A stretch of 63,462 bases of DNA, filler included, from Octopus bimaculoides (GCF_001194135.2; 7 parts of 7 records of this genome joined end to end with filler, not necessarily neighbours in it), one strand, 5' to 3'. Shown: positions 27,301 to 41,866, counted from the first letter of the whole stretch. Made by a program: numbers and translations. The notes: generated from the sequence alone by a model not told the origin.

Positions 27301-28469
27301 TATATATAAGGTAATAATACGTCAGACGACGTACGATATTAGGGGCATGCAATTGCTGTTCATGTTGACTTCCTGCCTAAACTCCATCTATAAACAGCAA
27401 CTAAATTGCAGGTTTGTTATAACTACCTGATGAAGATTGGCTATAAGTAGTGTTTTAATCAAGGTGGTACATGTATCATAGAATAAAAGTACAAACGCAC
27501 AAACAACTGGTGTCAGGTCTGATGGAACAGATTGCCACTAAAATGCTTGCTGTGAGTTGCACTAACAGCACATCTATTCTTGAAACAGCTGTAGGTGACT
27601 ACTTATTCATCTTTCTTCTCATCCACGTTTGGATGACCTGCCTTAACCTCCTATCTAATATCAATAATATAGACTAAGCTTATGACTGACTGTTCCGAGA
27701 AAATACCAGCATACATGACAACCTTTATAAACATTTCTCAAGCGAAGAATGTTTATAAAGGTTGTGATATATACTGGCATTTTTGTGATCTAAACTCTTG
27801 CAACATTCATTTCTATCCTCAAGTTATATGAATGCACAAATATATAAATGTCATAATCTGACCTGATACTAGTTGTTTGTACTTTCACACACACACACAC
27901 ACGCACGCATGCACGCACGCATGCACGCACGCACGCACACACATATGTACATACATACATGTATGAATATGTAGACACACACACACATATATCGGGAGAA
28001 ATCGGAGAGAGTGAAAGAAGGAAGGGAGCGAGAAAGGGAGGAATATACTCACACATATACCCTTACACATACATAATTACGTTCACACACTAGTGCATCA
28101 CAGAACAGTCATACTTACATACACATCACACTATAGCACACACGCACCCAGTAGACATACAGAGATATACGCACACAGACATTTACATACATAGTAACTG
28201 TTTAATGGCGATAAGCTAAGACTTTTCGGCAAAGAAAGATTTCATTGAATATCTATAATAAAAATTCAATTTCTAAATGGAATTGTAAATATATGCAAGA
28301 CTTTGTCAAAATATTCATCCACCATTTTGCAATGAAATAGGTTGTTATTGTTGTTGGTGTTTTTGCTGTTGTTGTTTTTGTTGTTATTTATATATTGTTA
28401 CTGTTGTTGAAGTTATTGTTGTATTTGTTTTTGCTGTTGTTGTTGTGGCGTTTGTTATTGTTATATAGC

Positions 28470-28826
28470 TTTTATCTTTTACTTTTTTCAGTCATTTGAC
28501 TGCAGCCATGCTGGGGCACCACCTTGAAGGATTTTAGTTCAAACAAACCAAACCCAGGACTTATTATTATTTTTAAAGCCTTGTACTTATTTTAGCAGCC
28601 TCTTTTGCCGAACCGATAAGTTACGGGGACGTAAACACACAAACACTGGCTGTCAAGCGGTGGTGGGAGACAAACTCAGATACACACACACATGACGGGT
28701 TCCTTTCAGTTTCCGTCTATCAAATCCACCCACAAAGCTTTGGTCGGCCCGAGGCTATAGTAGAAGACAATTGCCCAAGGTTCCACGCAGTGGGACTGAA
28801 CCCGGAACCAAGTGGTTGAGAAGTAA
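28470..28826 (-). mobile_element. SINE family A, near full-length
   Basis: Homologous to 20730-21090 and 47080-47522 across head, body and cagtcaaatgactgaaa tail. Confidence 0.85.
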
Positions 28827-28998
28827 CCAACGAACATATATATGTACACACATATATACGTATATGTATATATACATGTACACATGCTTTAAACATACAC
28901 ATATACGCATACATGTTATGCATATGTACGTGTTTATAGATATATAATTTTACAGGTGTATAAAATTATATGAAATTACTTGACTATTTCGTCCTTCC

Positions 28999-29029
<31 letters not shown>

Positions 29030-29089
29030 TGTATGTATGTATGTATGTATGAATGCACGTATATATGTGCGCTCGTGCATGCGTGTGTA

Positions 29090-29143
<54 letters not shown>

Positions 29144-29649
29144 TTTATATTTGCATAAAACATTAAATTTCCAGTAACATTGAGTTTTTGGTTTCCTTTT
29201 GTTTTTAAATGTCTCTTTCTATTCTCTGTACTTAAAAGTATAACAGTGTATCTATTACCATAGTAAATAATTTGGTTTTCACTTAATTGGCTCCTCTCGG
29301 TAATTGCTTTGCAGGATAACAGTATTTCCAGTGTAACTATGAAATAATTGTATCCATATCCTTATTATACTCGCACACGCACGCACACTCTGACACACAC
29401 ACACGCACACAAAAAAAAACAACCTTGAATAACTCTTTATATTACATACGTCATACAATCTTATAATTGTTGGCAATCCAAAGAATATACACAAACTAAG
29501 CTAAGGAGCTCCCCACAAAATATATCACTAAAACATAGAAAATGCTTGCCTTCATATAACCAGAAACATTGCGCCTAAAAACTAGACTCCCTACTAAAGT
29601 CCAGCATTAGGTAAACTCCTTACATTAATTCAATGTCCAGGCTGTGATG

Positions 29650-29765
29650 TATAAGTACTAGGCTTACAAAGAATAGGTTCTGAGGTCGATTTCTTCGACT
29701 AAAAAGTCCTTTTAGGCGGTGCTCCAGCATGGCCTCAGTCAAATGACTGAACAAGTAAAAGAATA
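29650..29765 (+). mobile_element. SINE family A 3' tail abutting the mariner fragment
   Basis: ataagtactaggcttacaaagaatagg...ggcggtgctccagcatggcctcagtcaaatgactgaacaagtaaaagaata. Confidence 0.8.
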
Positions 29766-29769
29766 TATA

Positions 29770-30177
29770 TTTCTCTGTTAGTTCCTCAACAGTTCCGATG
29801 GCATTTTGTTCCACCAAGGTTTGCAGGACGTCCTTGTCGAGCTCTACAAATCTTCCAGAACGAGGCTCGTCTTCTAGGCTGTAGTTTCCAGCTCGGAATT
29901 TCTGGAACTTCATGCTTATTGCCTGATCTCCATATACTGTGTTAATATCTCTTGCACTTCCCGTTGCATTGTTGCCTTTATTGAACTAATAAATCAAAAC
30001 ATGCCGAATGTCACTTCCATTAGAGCATTGAAAAAATAACTGTTAAAATCGAACTGCACTCTTCAAAATTTGCACAAAGAATAAAGACAAGGTAAAATTA
30101 TTACCTGCTTTCAGTTCCGACTTTTAGTTCAAGGAACTGAAAAAACCGCATTATTTATGGGATGATCCAATATATAT
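29770..30177 (-). mobile_element. Mariner (Tc1/mariner) transposon 5' fragment: TIR plus N-terminal HTH of transposase
   Basis: TIR-like tattggatcatcccataaataatgcggtttttt (30140-30175); FNKGNNATGSARDINTVYGD...FQKFRAGNYSLEDEPRSGRFVELDKDVLQTLVEQN matches the mariner FxxGxxSLEDEPRSGRP motif. Confidence 0.85.
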
Positions 30178-31390
30178 ATATANNNNNNNNNNNNNNNNNN
30201 NNNNNNNNNNNNNNNNNNNNNNNNNNNNNNNNNNNNNNNNNNNNNNNNNNNNNNNNNNNNNNNNNNNNNNNNNNNNNNNNNNNNNNNNNNNNNNNNNNNN
30301 NNNNNNNNNNNNNNNNNNNNNNNNNNNNNNNNNNNNNNNNNNNNNNNNNNNNNNNNNNNNNNNNNNNNNNNNNNNNNNNNNNNNNNNNNNNNNNNNNNNN
30401 NNNNNNNNNNNNNNNNNNNNNNNNNNNATATATATATATATATATAATATAGTACAAATATTTGTGTATATTTGCATGTGTGCATATAGTTAAATATTAC
30501 GATCTTTTCTGATTCTTAGCTTATAACTAATATAAAGATAGCATGATTTATCACCCCCAAGTATTTCAGAAGTAAATACCCAGAGCAATCTTTATAGAAA
30601 TCACCTTATAAATAAATAGATTAAGTACTGGTATGAATATTAAACTAATTCTATGTAATCTTCCCTTTCTAATGTTGAAAATTGGTATGCATACACAGTT
30701 TATCTATTCTGGTTATAATATCATTTTTAGTAATCTTAAATTTTATCTTCATACAACATCATAACAATATTGATTATATACAATCATCCATTGTACTCCA
30801 TGATAATTTCCTCTGTATTAACATCATAGGTTTTATTAGGGTCTTGCCCCTATAACTGGTAATTACCATCTTGATTTAGGGTCTTCCCCTACCCAGACTC
30901 CTTTTTAGACAATTACTTATACATTTTCTAAATCCTGACAATATTTATGGCCATACCCAACTATAAACTGTCAACTCACTCTGTCTATCCATTCTAAACA
31001 GACATTGTCCTCTAGCCTTAAATTTGGTAGTTGATAAAAAAGACTAATAAATTAAAAGTGAACTACAATCATTCACAAGCTATGACCCTAACAAACTTCA
31101 TACAGTTCTTAGAAGTGCAGTATATTCTGAGTCACATTAGTAGCAACATGGACTTACTCCCTTTTCTTGCTCTATTAGAGAATTTTAGTAAAATTATATT
31201 AATGTGTCCAACTGAATAAAAAAATTCTATTTATTTATGCAGCTGAAGATAACTCTACATTTAAATTGATGTAGTGATTGCATTGTTCAATTACATGGAG
31301 CCGCTTGAAACGGTCGTACTGCATCACCTCTTGATATCCTGTTGCTTATTTTGATTATATATATATATCTATATATATATACACACATAT

Positions 31391-31466
<76 letters not shown>

Positions 31467-32234
31467 GGGGAGGGACACAATGAATAATGTTTACTGCCTT
31501 TTTGTCTGTGAGAAAAACTATTTTTTTAAAATATGCTCATTACCTTACGAAAACTGAGCAAATGACTTTTTTTAAATGCATCAGAAACAACCATAATATA
31601 TTCAGAACACTCTTTCAAAGTGATACAAAAGATAAATCTAGGTGGGGCAAAATGAGTAAAGGAAAATAAAGTGAATTCGCCTTTTAAATTCTCCAGAATT
31701 ATATTTTATGAAAAAAAAACTCATACACATCAATATCCATCCTGAGACAAAAACTTAGATTACCTTGGTCAAATGAAAGAGGATCATGGAAATGGCACAT
31801 GACATAAAATTAATGAAATTTGACTAAACCTAAGCCCACAAAAATATTCTCTCTGGCTTCTTCACTATCTCCTGGAGTGGCTCTCCCGCTGATATATTTA
31901 CACACCATGCAGTTAAAGAGAAGAATTGATTGAAATTAATTCTTACTCATATTGCCTCACTTTAGACATTTTTTGGGAATTGAAAATGATCAAATAAGAC
32001 AGTGTGGGGAAAAATGACTTGGAATCCAAAAGAGAAAAGGATTTGATTCTTAAACACTCAAAATTATCCAGATATTCTTTAACTAACTCAATTACAATCA
32101 GATCAAGGTTGAGGAAAAATTTCTTGAAGAAAAAAAGAAAAAAAGAAAAAGCAAAGTATCTGTTAGGTGACTATGTTTCAAACTCTCTCAACTTCAACAA
32201 CAACAATTATGCTGACCGATTTTTACTCCCAAAG

Positions 32235-32291
32235 GTGATGCAACACTACAAAATGATGATGCAATACTTGCAATGAAATGGTTTCAAACAG
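32235..32291 (+). CDS. Candidate exon (57 nt, phase 1-1): (G)DATLQNDDAILAMKWFQT
   Basis: Branch GCTGAC (32211), tract tttttactcccaaAG|, donor CAG|GTAAGA; open frame; in-frame ATG at 32273. Confidence 0.55.
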
Positions 32292-32357
32292 GTAAGAAAA
32301 AATAAACAGAAATCAGAAACTACACGTTTTTCCCCACTCTCCACATACATACATACA

Positions 32358-32388
<31 letters not shown>

Positions 32389-32391
32389 ATT

Positions 32392-32512
32392 AGGCGCAGG
32401 AGTGGGTCTGTGGTAAGTAGTTTGCTTAACAACCACATCGTTCTGGGTTCTGTCCCACTGCGTGGCACCTTGGGCAAGTGTCTTCTATTATAACCTCGGG
32501 CCGACCAAAGCC
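32392..32512 (+). mobile_element. SINE family A 5' fragment
   Basis: taggcgcaggagtgggtctgtggtaagtag...cactgcgtggcaccttgggcaagtgtcttcta. Confidence 0.8.
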
Positions 32513-32579
32513 GCGCGCGCATATATGAAGTAGCTAGTTGTAAACACGCTGGAAAGAATCCTTTCAAACTATTGAAATG

Positions 32580-33050
32580 CTCCCTCGAAGTAGATGATGG
32601 CTTCTGTTATCTAGGAGAACTAATCGGCAGTGAGGTGTTTTGAGAGAATTGCGATCAGGATTAGAACGAACGGAAAAAAGTTTAGGGAACTATTACCTCT
32701 GCTGGCAACAAAGGGATTCCTTCTCTGAGTGAATGCATGATCGTATGTGACTCGTGTACGAAGCACAATACTGAATGGTAGTGAAACATGGACATTGAAT
32801 GAGGAGGATGGGAAAAGTTTGAAACAAATGAGGCAAGCTTGCACGGTTGGATGAATATGTTAGTGTAATTGAACAACGGAGTACGATGAGTTGATAGAAA
32901 AGGTATGTGAAGCATCAACTGTCATGTGTCGGAAGGGAGGCCGCGTTGGTACGGATCTATACTTTGTGTGGAGGTTGACAGTTGGGTAAAGAAAGACCAC
33001 ATGATCTAAGTGGAAGGAAGACCGAAGAAAACGAAAGTAGTGAAGGCTTA
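32580..33050 (+). mobile_element. RTE-clade LINE 3' RT/C-terminal fragment
   Basis: LEVDDGFCYLGELIG...KKFRELLPLLATKG...ILNGSETWTLNEED; the F.YLG and YGSETW motifs of RTE. Confidence 0.8.
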
Positions 33051-33493
33051 TTTTAGGTTACTGAACCTCACAAATGAAATGACAAGGGTTACATAGCCGA
33101 GAAGTTAAATAGAAGAGAACGACGATGACAGAAGATGAACAAAGATGGGTGGGAGAGGTGGTAAGAGTGTAATGGTAGAAATATAGTGATTGGAATGAGA
33201 AGGTGGTAGATGGGCAGAGAGAGTGATGGATTGTATGACGTGGGTAGGATTGAATATCGGAGGTCGATAACAAGTAGCTCGAAGGAGGGATAGAAGCATG
33301 GGCTATAAAGGATGAAATGTGAGTTGGTGTGTGCGTGTGTACGCGTGAGTGTACACATATATGTATATATATGTATATACGTACATGAATCCACATACAC
33401 ACACACACACACACGCACACACGCATATACGCACACACACAGACACACATATTGTGTGTGTATGTGTCTGAATAAGTATGTATACACTAGCAG

Positions 33494-33597
<104 letters not shown>

Positions 33598-33749
33598 TTC
33601 GTGTTATGCTTAGAAGCGATGCACTTTAATAGCATTTTTCGACTCGGTTGTTCTAGGTTGTTCTAGTGAACTCGAGTCGAAAAATTCTGGTAAAGGGCAT
33701 AGGTACATCATTTCTAAGTATAACAATATATTTTCAGAAAAACCAAAGC

Positions 33750-33822
<73 letters not shown>

Positions 33823-34484
33823 TCATTTATATATATACGTATACATATACAAACACACATATACGCTTGTGCATACATATATACTTATGCAGACACACAC
33901 ACGCGCGCACACATGTTTATATATACAAACACATATTCGAACATAGCCATACCTACATTACGCATACACACAGCAACGATAGCATAGCTACGATAGGATG
34001 GCCATTTAACAACTCGCCCCCAAAATGTGTTAGCCTTTTCTCTTACTCTCTATGTTTGCTAAAACTTTGAGATGTTTATAGATTTTCATATCTTAACTAC
34101 GATGTGATTTTGTATAGATAAATTCCTTTATCGTAAATACGATGGGGTGTTTTATAGATAGATTACTATAGTTTTTAAAATCTTTGAGACGTTGCTTATA
34201 AATTTGTATATCTTAGCTATGCTAGTTTCAACTTGTCGACGCTCCTCTCAAAAATTTCATAAATTTCTATATCTTAGCTATGCTAGGTCTTTCCCCAAAA
34301 CCTAGATTTCTATACATAAATTCGTTCCCACGCTGGAATTTTGGCAAGCTTACCTACCTGTTTCCTCCACGTCCCCCTCTCTCTCGCCCCTCCTCTTTTA
34401 ATGGGTTCTCAGTACTGCTGTAAGTATTCACACGATAGGATGGCCATTTAACAGATCCCCCCCCCCAAATGTGTAAGCCTTTTC

Positions 34485-34548
<64 letters not shown>

Positions 34549-35294
34549 GTATTGTTACTGCTATGTAAATTATACTTTCACAATGACTGTCTAAAAATAT
34601 TGAACTCCACCCATTTTAGTGTAATATTGGTTATGTTCCAGCCTACCAGACCTATTCTTATTGCTAGCAGAATCATTCAACATCAGTTCTACTTTGGCAA
34701 ACATTTAATACTTTTCTTTGACAACTTTTCTGCTTCATTTCTAATTTATCAGTTTATTTATTCTTCAAGACTATGCCAAACCGACTTCCTTCATGGTTCA
34801 GGCAGCAATTTACCTCCATTTCACTAAAACATCTCATCCTAATTTTTAATTATCCATTCCAGTCAATTGTATGATTGATTACAAAAGGCAATATCAACAC
34901 AATATCAATGCTGAATGATTTGAAAACATTCTCACTTTTTCTTTTCAATAAGTTTGTCAGGAGAGAAAGACGCAGTGTTGCTCATAAAATTTGCAGGGCA
35001 TCCAAACACTGGTAAGATTGATGAAGTTAATTAATAGATTTGAATACGTGTTAAATGGTAGTTAGATAAGTGTGGGTAGGAAAGAAATTTCAAAAGTTTG
35101 CAGTTCTTGAGAGGAAAAGATCCGAGAAAAAGTGTTTTATTTAGTGGAGTGGGCGCTGGAAGGCAAGATAGAGTTAGGGCCAATGATGAAAATTAAATAT
35201 GGTTATCTAGTTCAGAAGAACAGAAGATGTATTGGAGGAAGGAAGAAGGAAAGAGAGAAAAGTAAATTTGTGTTATGTCAGTTATTTTAGTTTA

Positions 35295-35496
35295 TTGGCT
35301 GTATGGTTCAGTTGCTCACTTTATAACCACGTGCTTTCGGGTTCAGTTCCATTGCGCGGCATCTTTGGCAAGTGTTGTCTACTATAGCTCCGAGCTTACC
35401 AATGTCTCGTGAGTAAATTTGGTAGATAGAAACTGAAAGAAGCCCGTCATATTTACATACATACATATACATACGCGCACATGCGCACATATAAAT

Positions 35497-35529
<33 letters not shown>

Positions 35530-35785
35530 TATATTTATATATATATAATATGCACATACATATATGCATATAATTATTTGTGCGTCTTTGTGTTTGTTCT
35601 ACCCCATTGCTTGACAACCGGTTTTGGCTTGTTTTCGTGCCGGTAATTTATCGCTTGGACAAAAGAGAAGAATAGAATAAATACCAGACTTGAAAATAAG
35701 TACTGGGTCGATTTATTTGACCAAACACTTCAAGGCGGTACTCTAGCATGGCCACAGTCCAATGACTAAAACAAAATGATAGGTA
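35295..35785 (+). mobile_element. SINE family A, full-length with expanded internal TA/CA tract
   Basis: Head, ggtagatagaaactgaaagaagcccgtc body and ctagcatggccacagtccaatgact tail. Confidence 0.8.
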
Positions 35786-36451
35786 AAAATAAAAGGGGGA
35801 AATGAATCATTGTCTATAAGCGAGATGGTATTCCTTCAGTTATGGCTAACAACGTCTGTGAGTAGGTCTAGTAGAAGCACCATCTCTTATATACATATAA
35901 TACATCATTGTATGTTCACGTGTGAGAGAAAGGTTTGGCTGGAACTGAAATCAAATGAAGAAATATGTTTAAAACCAAATTATTTTGGCTTCAACCTGTG
36001 TTGAAGCCAAAATTCTTCGTCGCTGGAGACATGTCTTGTCAAAATTTTAAACCACATAAATGTAATGACAGAATCAGAAGCATGCTATGTTTTCAGTCTG
36101 TATTGACAAATTTCTTAGTCTTCACGTAACTTGAACAACTTTCGCACATTTTATACTATGGCAACATACTATATAACGCAATGGTATATTATATATCATT
36201 TACAGTATATCATATAAGCACTATGGTGTATAACATGACATTGTGATATATATAACATTATAAATAGTAAATATGTGTAGTTAAACATGAAAATACAGAA
36301 GAAAGATCACCATGTACATAAACACATGTTAAATATATAAATATTCATTACAGAAGATCTTTAGTGTCTTTTATGGATTTACCTCAATATATATATATAC
36401 AAGATAGATTTTATTGTTTTCCGTATATGTAGATGTTTAATTGTACTTATG

Positions 36452-36507
<56 letters not shown>

Positions 36508-36575
36508 AGTTTGTGTGTGTCTGTATGTGCATGTGTGTGTGTATGTGTATGTGTGAGAGTATTTGCGTATGTTCA

Positions 36576-36730
36576 TAGGCGCAGTCATGGCTGTTTGGTA
36601 GGAAGCTTGCTTCCTAACGACATGGTTCCTGGTTCAGTCCCACTGCGTAGAACCTTGGACAAGCGTCTTCTACTATAGCCTCTGGATGACTAAGGATTTG
36701 GTAGACGGAAAACGAAAGAAGATCGTCGTA
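36576..36730 (+). mobile_element. SINE family A 5' half
   Basis: ataggcgcagtcatggctgtttggtagg...ggtagacggaaaacgaaagaag. Confidence 0.8.
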
Positions 36731-36754
36731 TATATATATATGTATATATATGTT

Positions 36755-37095
36755 GTTGTTGTTGGCACTCCGTCGCTTACGACGTCGAGGGTTCCAGTTG
36801 ATCCGATCAACGGAACAACCTGCTCATGAAATCAACGTGCAAGTGGCTGAGCACTCCACAGACACGTGTACCCTTAATGTAGTTCTTGGGGATATTCAGC
36901 GTGACACAGTGTGACAAGGCTGACCCTTTGAATTACAGGCACAACAGAAACAGGAAGTAAGAGTGAGAGAAAGTTGTGGTGGAAGAGTACAGCAGGGTTC
37001 GCCACCAACCTCCTGTTGGAGCCTGGTTGAGCTTTAGGTGTTTTCGCTCAATAAACACTCACAACGCCTGGTCTGGGAATCGAAACCGCGATCCT
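36755..37095 (-). mobile_element. tRNA-derived SINE family D (truncated by gap)
   Basis: Reverse complement aggatcgcggtttcgattcccagacc (B-box-like) followed by a unique body and an (AAC)n tail. Confidence 0.7.
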
Positions 37096-37195
37096 NNNNN
37101 NNNNNNNNNNNNNNNNNNNNNNNNNNNNNNNNNNNNNNNTTAATTAATTAANNNNNNNNNNNNNNNNNNNNNNNNNNNNNNNNNNNNNNNNNNNN

Positions 37196-37505
37196 AAAAA
37201 TCCCAGCAATGGCTGAGAAGCTGAGGACTCAAAGCAGAGACTGAAGGATTTTTAATTGCTGCACAAGACCAAAGCCTCCCCACCAGAAATTACCAAAAAC
37301 ACATAATGAAAAGAAACTTAACAAGTAACTGTAGAATATGTGGAGATGGACAAGAAACAATAAATCATATTATCTCTGGCTGCCCAGTCCTGGCTAAGAA
37401 GGAATATATTCACAGACACGACAGCACATACCCAGGGCACATAGAGCTGTGCTCGGTAGTGAAGTGAAAGCACGTTATAAAAATAAAACTACTGAACAAT
37501 AATAA
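37196..37505 (+). mobile_element. R4/Dong-clade non-LTR retrotransposon 3' fragment (CCHC finger, internally deleted RLE) ending in (AAT)n
   Basis: W LRS*GLKAETEGFLIAAQDQSLPTRNY...CRICGDGQETINHIISGCPVLAKKEYIHRHD; C-x2-C-x8-H-x4-C followed by RHD is typical of RLE-clade elements. Confidence 0.9.
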
Positions 37506-37599
37506 TAACAATAACAATAATAACAAAAATAATAATAACAATAACAGCAACAACAAGAACAACAATAATAATAGCAATAACAAAACAACAATAATAATA

Positions 37600-37725
37600 A
37601 TCGTTTCTACACAAGGCCTGAAATTTTGTGGGAAAGGATAAGTCGATTATATCGATCTCATTGCGTAACTGGTACTTATTTCGTCGACTCCGAAAGGATG
37701 AAAGGCAAAGTCAACCTCAGTAATA
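37600..37725 (-). mobile_element. SINE family B ((ATT)n-tailed), partial
   Basis: cgaaaggatgaaaggcaaagtcaacctc...ggtacttatttcgtcgac, homologous to 44545-44748. Confidence 0.8.
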
Positions 37726-37729
37726 GTAA

Positions 37730-38905
37730 TAGATCAGGCAGTAGGAAAGACAAACAACAGCGTAAGAGATACAGCTCAAAGCAGAGAAGAACCTAACGGA
37801 AAAAATGATAATAGCGCTACCAATAAGGAAGGGACAACTGGTACCAACGTATTAAGTGATTTGAGTGAAGAAGATTTTAGATGAGTTGCAGGAAGTAATG
37901 AGTAAAGAAGTAAGAAAAAGGTTACCAGGATTAAAAGGTACCAACAGAAGGAAGCTACAAGAAATGACTTGGAAAGTAGATTCTGTTATCAGGAGGATAA
38001 ATACTAAAAATATAGGAGGCATTAACTTATTGATCTATGCAGGAGGGGTAGTACTCACCAGAAGATTAGATACCTCACAGAGAAAGATTAAAAAAGAGCA
38101 AATGTGGAAAAAGAGGCTACAAAATAAGGTGAAGACTTTAAGACAGGATCTGAGTAGAATAGAAGCCTGGAAAATGAACAAGTTGGGAAACACAAGAGGC
38201 AAATCTTGCCTCGAGGAAAGATACTTAGATAGAGAGAAAGGATTTGGGACAGTAATAGGAGAGTTGAAGCAACGTATCATGGCAGTAGCAGGCAAGCTCT
38301 CCAGATACCAGGAAAGAATAGATCAGTATCAAGTGAATAGATTATTTGAGACAGACCAGAGGGGATTTAATAACCAAATGAATAGTGGAGAACGAAGTAC
38401 TGAAGATGAGAAACCTAATGCACAAGAAGCTAGAAAGTTCTGGAGTAATATTTGGGATAAGCCAGTCAATCATAATGCAGATGTAGTATGGTAAAAGAAA
38501 GCAAGGGAAGAAATAGTAAGTGAGAAGCAGCCAGATCTAAAACCAACTGGTGTATTAATGAGTAAAGTGTTAGGAAAATGCCGAATTGGAAGAACCCAGA
38601 ATCAGATTTAGTTCAAGTGTACTGGCTAAAGAAATTTAGTAGTTTACATGGGAGGCTGAGGGAATAGCCTCAGGATTGTCTTAATGGAGGAATAATACCA
38701 GATTGGATGACTAGAGGGAGGGCAATACTCATTATGAAGGATAAGAGCAAGGCTAATACAGTTAACAACTGTAGACCAATCACTTGCTTACCATTAGTGT
38801 GGAAGCTGTTCATAGGAATGCTTCCAGGAAGCATTTACGAGCGCCTTGACAACCAGAATTTACTACCAGAACAAAAAGACTGCAGGAAGAAGGCTAGAGG
38901 AAGGA
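37730..38905 (+). mobile_element. R4/Dong-clade element, N-terminal region and start of RT (decayed, 3' truncated at (AAT)n)
   Basis: ORF 37865-38494 (WKKRLQNKVKTLRQDLSRI...KFWSNIWDKP), then GRAILIMKDKSK...NCRPITCLPLVWKLF...LLPEQKDCRK, typical R4-clade RT domains 0-2. Confidence 0.9.
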
Positions 38906-38909
38906 GGCT

Positions 38910-39217
<308 letters not shown>

Positions 39218-39506
39218 CAATGAGAGAGAGAAAGAGATTGAGATCAATGTCTGCCGATTGGTTTATGTAATATGGTGCATTATAAACGGCCGATCCGTTA
39301 GTGTGATAGTGTTGCACATAAGAAGCGAGAAACGACACGTCATTTCTGCATTTATTGCATCGATGATCCCCTGGCAACAACAGGAAAAGATAAAACATCT
39401 CACACAAGGAGAATCTTTCTCATTTACACATAGTTTACATACACGCACACACAACGTGCATATGTACACACAAACACAGACGTACATGCACATGCAAACG
39501 CGCACG

Positions 39507-39549
<43 letters not shown>

Positions 39550-39760
39550 CCCCTGCACACATATACACACAGAGTTACATACACGCCCATGCGGAGCGTC
39601 GGATACTGCAAACAGTTACAAAAGGTACAAACATACACAGACATATATTTTAGAGGTAAGTTGTTTTGTGAATGCGTGTGTATGTGCGCGTTTGTATACG
39701 CACACATACACATACATAGGTATATGGACGTATCTACATGTGTGCGAGGACACACACACA

Positions 39761-39802
<42 letters not shown>

Positions 39803-40107
39803 CACACATGCACACGCACGCGCGCATATGTAAATGGATGTGGAGTCAGTCGATTACATCGCTCGCAGTCGATGGAATCGACCCACTCCCCTCCCTTCCA
39901 AATTACCGGTCCAGTACTTAACGTAGGAACAATTAGCATTTATCCTCTTCTATAATTACACAAATGTTGTATTGCGTGCTCGCACGCATGTCTGTTATGG
40001 TTATCCTTTACATTTTGCTATGGAAATTTAGCTAATTCTGCAATTATATGTGTGTTGGAGGACTGGAGAACTGGGTTATATATTGGACAAGTAGTATGCT
40101 GCGTGTG

Positions 40108-40447
40108 TGAAGGAGCATGGCTCAGTGGTTAGAACGCCGAGCTTACGATCGCGAGGTCGTGAATTCGAATCCCGGACCGGGCTACGTGTTGTGTTTTTGA
40201 GTAAGTCACACTATTTCACGTTGCTCCTGTTCACACAGCTGTAAAAATGAGTTGCAACGTCACAAATGTCAAGCTGTATCAGCCCCTTTGCCTTTCCCTT
40301 GGATAACACTGGTGGCGTGGAGCAGGGAGGCCGGTATGCAAGGGCAACTGCTGGTCTTCCATAAACAACCTTGCCCGGACTTGTGCCTGGGAGGGTAACT
40401 TTCTAGGTGCAATCCCATGGTCAGTCATGACCGAATGGGGTCTTAAG
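40108..40447 (+). mobile_element. tRNA-derived SINE family C, full-length
   Basis: A box TGGCTCAGTGG (40118) and B box GAATTCGAATCC (40161), followed by a non-tRNA body; not a tRNA gene. Confidence 0.85.
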
Positions 40448-41410
40448 TATGCTGCGAGCTGACGTCAGTTCAGAACCTGATTAAAACTCAAATTGTTGCA
40501 GTGGATCTGTTTGTGACGTCCATATCAGTCCTGATTGAATAGACCTATGATTATAGGCGTTCCATCTATGGTCATATAGTTGAAAAAAATATAAATAAAA
40601 ATTCATTTATAAAAATATTTTTGAGCTATTTCTATTCTGGGATTACGTTATCTAAAGAGCCCTGCCATTTCTTTTAAAGACAGTAAATAATAGTTGGAGG
40701 GAGATTTGGTTTGTGAATTATATAAGTACGCCATCTTACACGTGTTTCAGTGAAGATTACAGCCACATTATGTAATATAGGCTAATGTATTTTATGATTT
40801 TTCTAACTATAATTACTAGAGCAAAGTAACTGACTATAATACATAAATTCTCTTCGCAGTTTTCTCCTTCGATGATGTTCCAAATACTGCTTATGCTTTA
40901 TGCCATTTAAATCGCATTGGGTGCAGATACACCTACATTGCTACAAATAAGAGCTAAAATCTCTTAATGTTGTAAAAAGAGCGCAATATAAACATATACA
41001 CTGACAGGGGAGGTAACCACCCCATGACCGTCTCTAGAATCACAAGTTTCGCCTATCCTGTAGGCATCGTCAGTAGTGACTGCTCAAACGGCTAATTCTG
41101 TCGGCTAGCATATATATTTAGCTGTTTATATTAATTTGTTCTACGTAAATTTTCGCTACAAAATCTTATATGGACTCCGAGGGTAATATGGGCCCTGGTT
41201 GAAAACGACTGGCCAAAAGGATGGTGTTCTGTGGCGAGGAAAACAATAGCGGTCAGATATTCATGGACGAATCTGCCACATTGTATTGAGAATGAAGAAA
41301 TACGTTATTGTTTGGATTGTTGCCGTTATGTATGTATCTCTTGAAGAACACACGCACGCACGCACGCACGCACGCATGCACGCACGCGCACACGCACGAA
41401 CGCACGAACG

Positions 41411-41455
<45 letters not shown>

Positions 41456-41866
41456 ACACACTAACTTCTTAATCGTTTTCAGTTTTGACAGTGGGTTTCT
41501 GTTCTTCGATGAACTGAGTTACCTCTTCATTGAAATGACGTGTAAGTGGCTGAGTATGCCGCAGACATCTATATTCTTAAGATCATATTGAAGTAGAATC
41601 ATTGTGAGCCAGTGTGTGTGAGAAGGCTGGACTATTGCATTGCTGTACAATCTATCCGACAGGCTTAAGAACGGTCTCCTTTTACAGAATTTCGCTCACA
41701 TGGCTTGGATCAACTCGAAGTTATGGTAAAAAGCACTGATTAAAGGTGCCACGTAGTGGTATCGAACCTAAGACCTCAGGATTGCGAAGCAAACTCCTTA
41801 AATATTCTGCCATGCAACAACTACAATGTACGCACACACATACTCACTCTCTCTCTCACTCTCATT

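Noticed and set aside
37865-38494. 209-aa ORF as a host gene
   Set aside because: It is the N-terminal part of a decayed R4/Dong retrotransposon ORF.
40108-40190. tRNA gene
   Set aside because: A/B boxes present but followed by a SINE body; no convincing acceptor stem.
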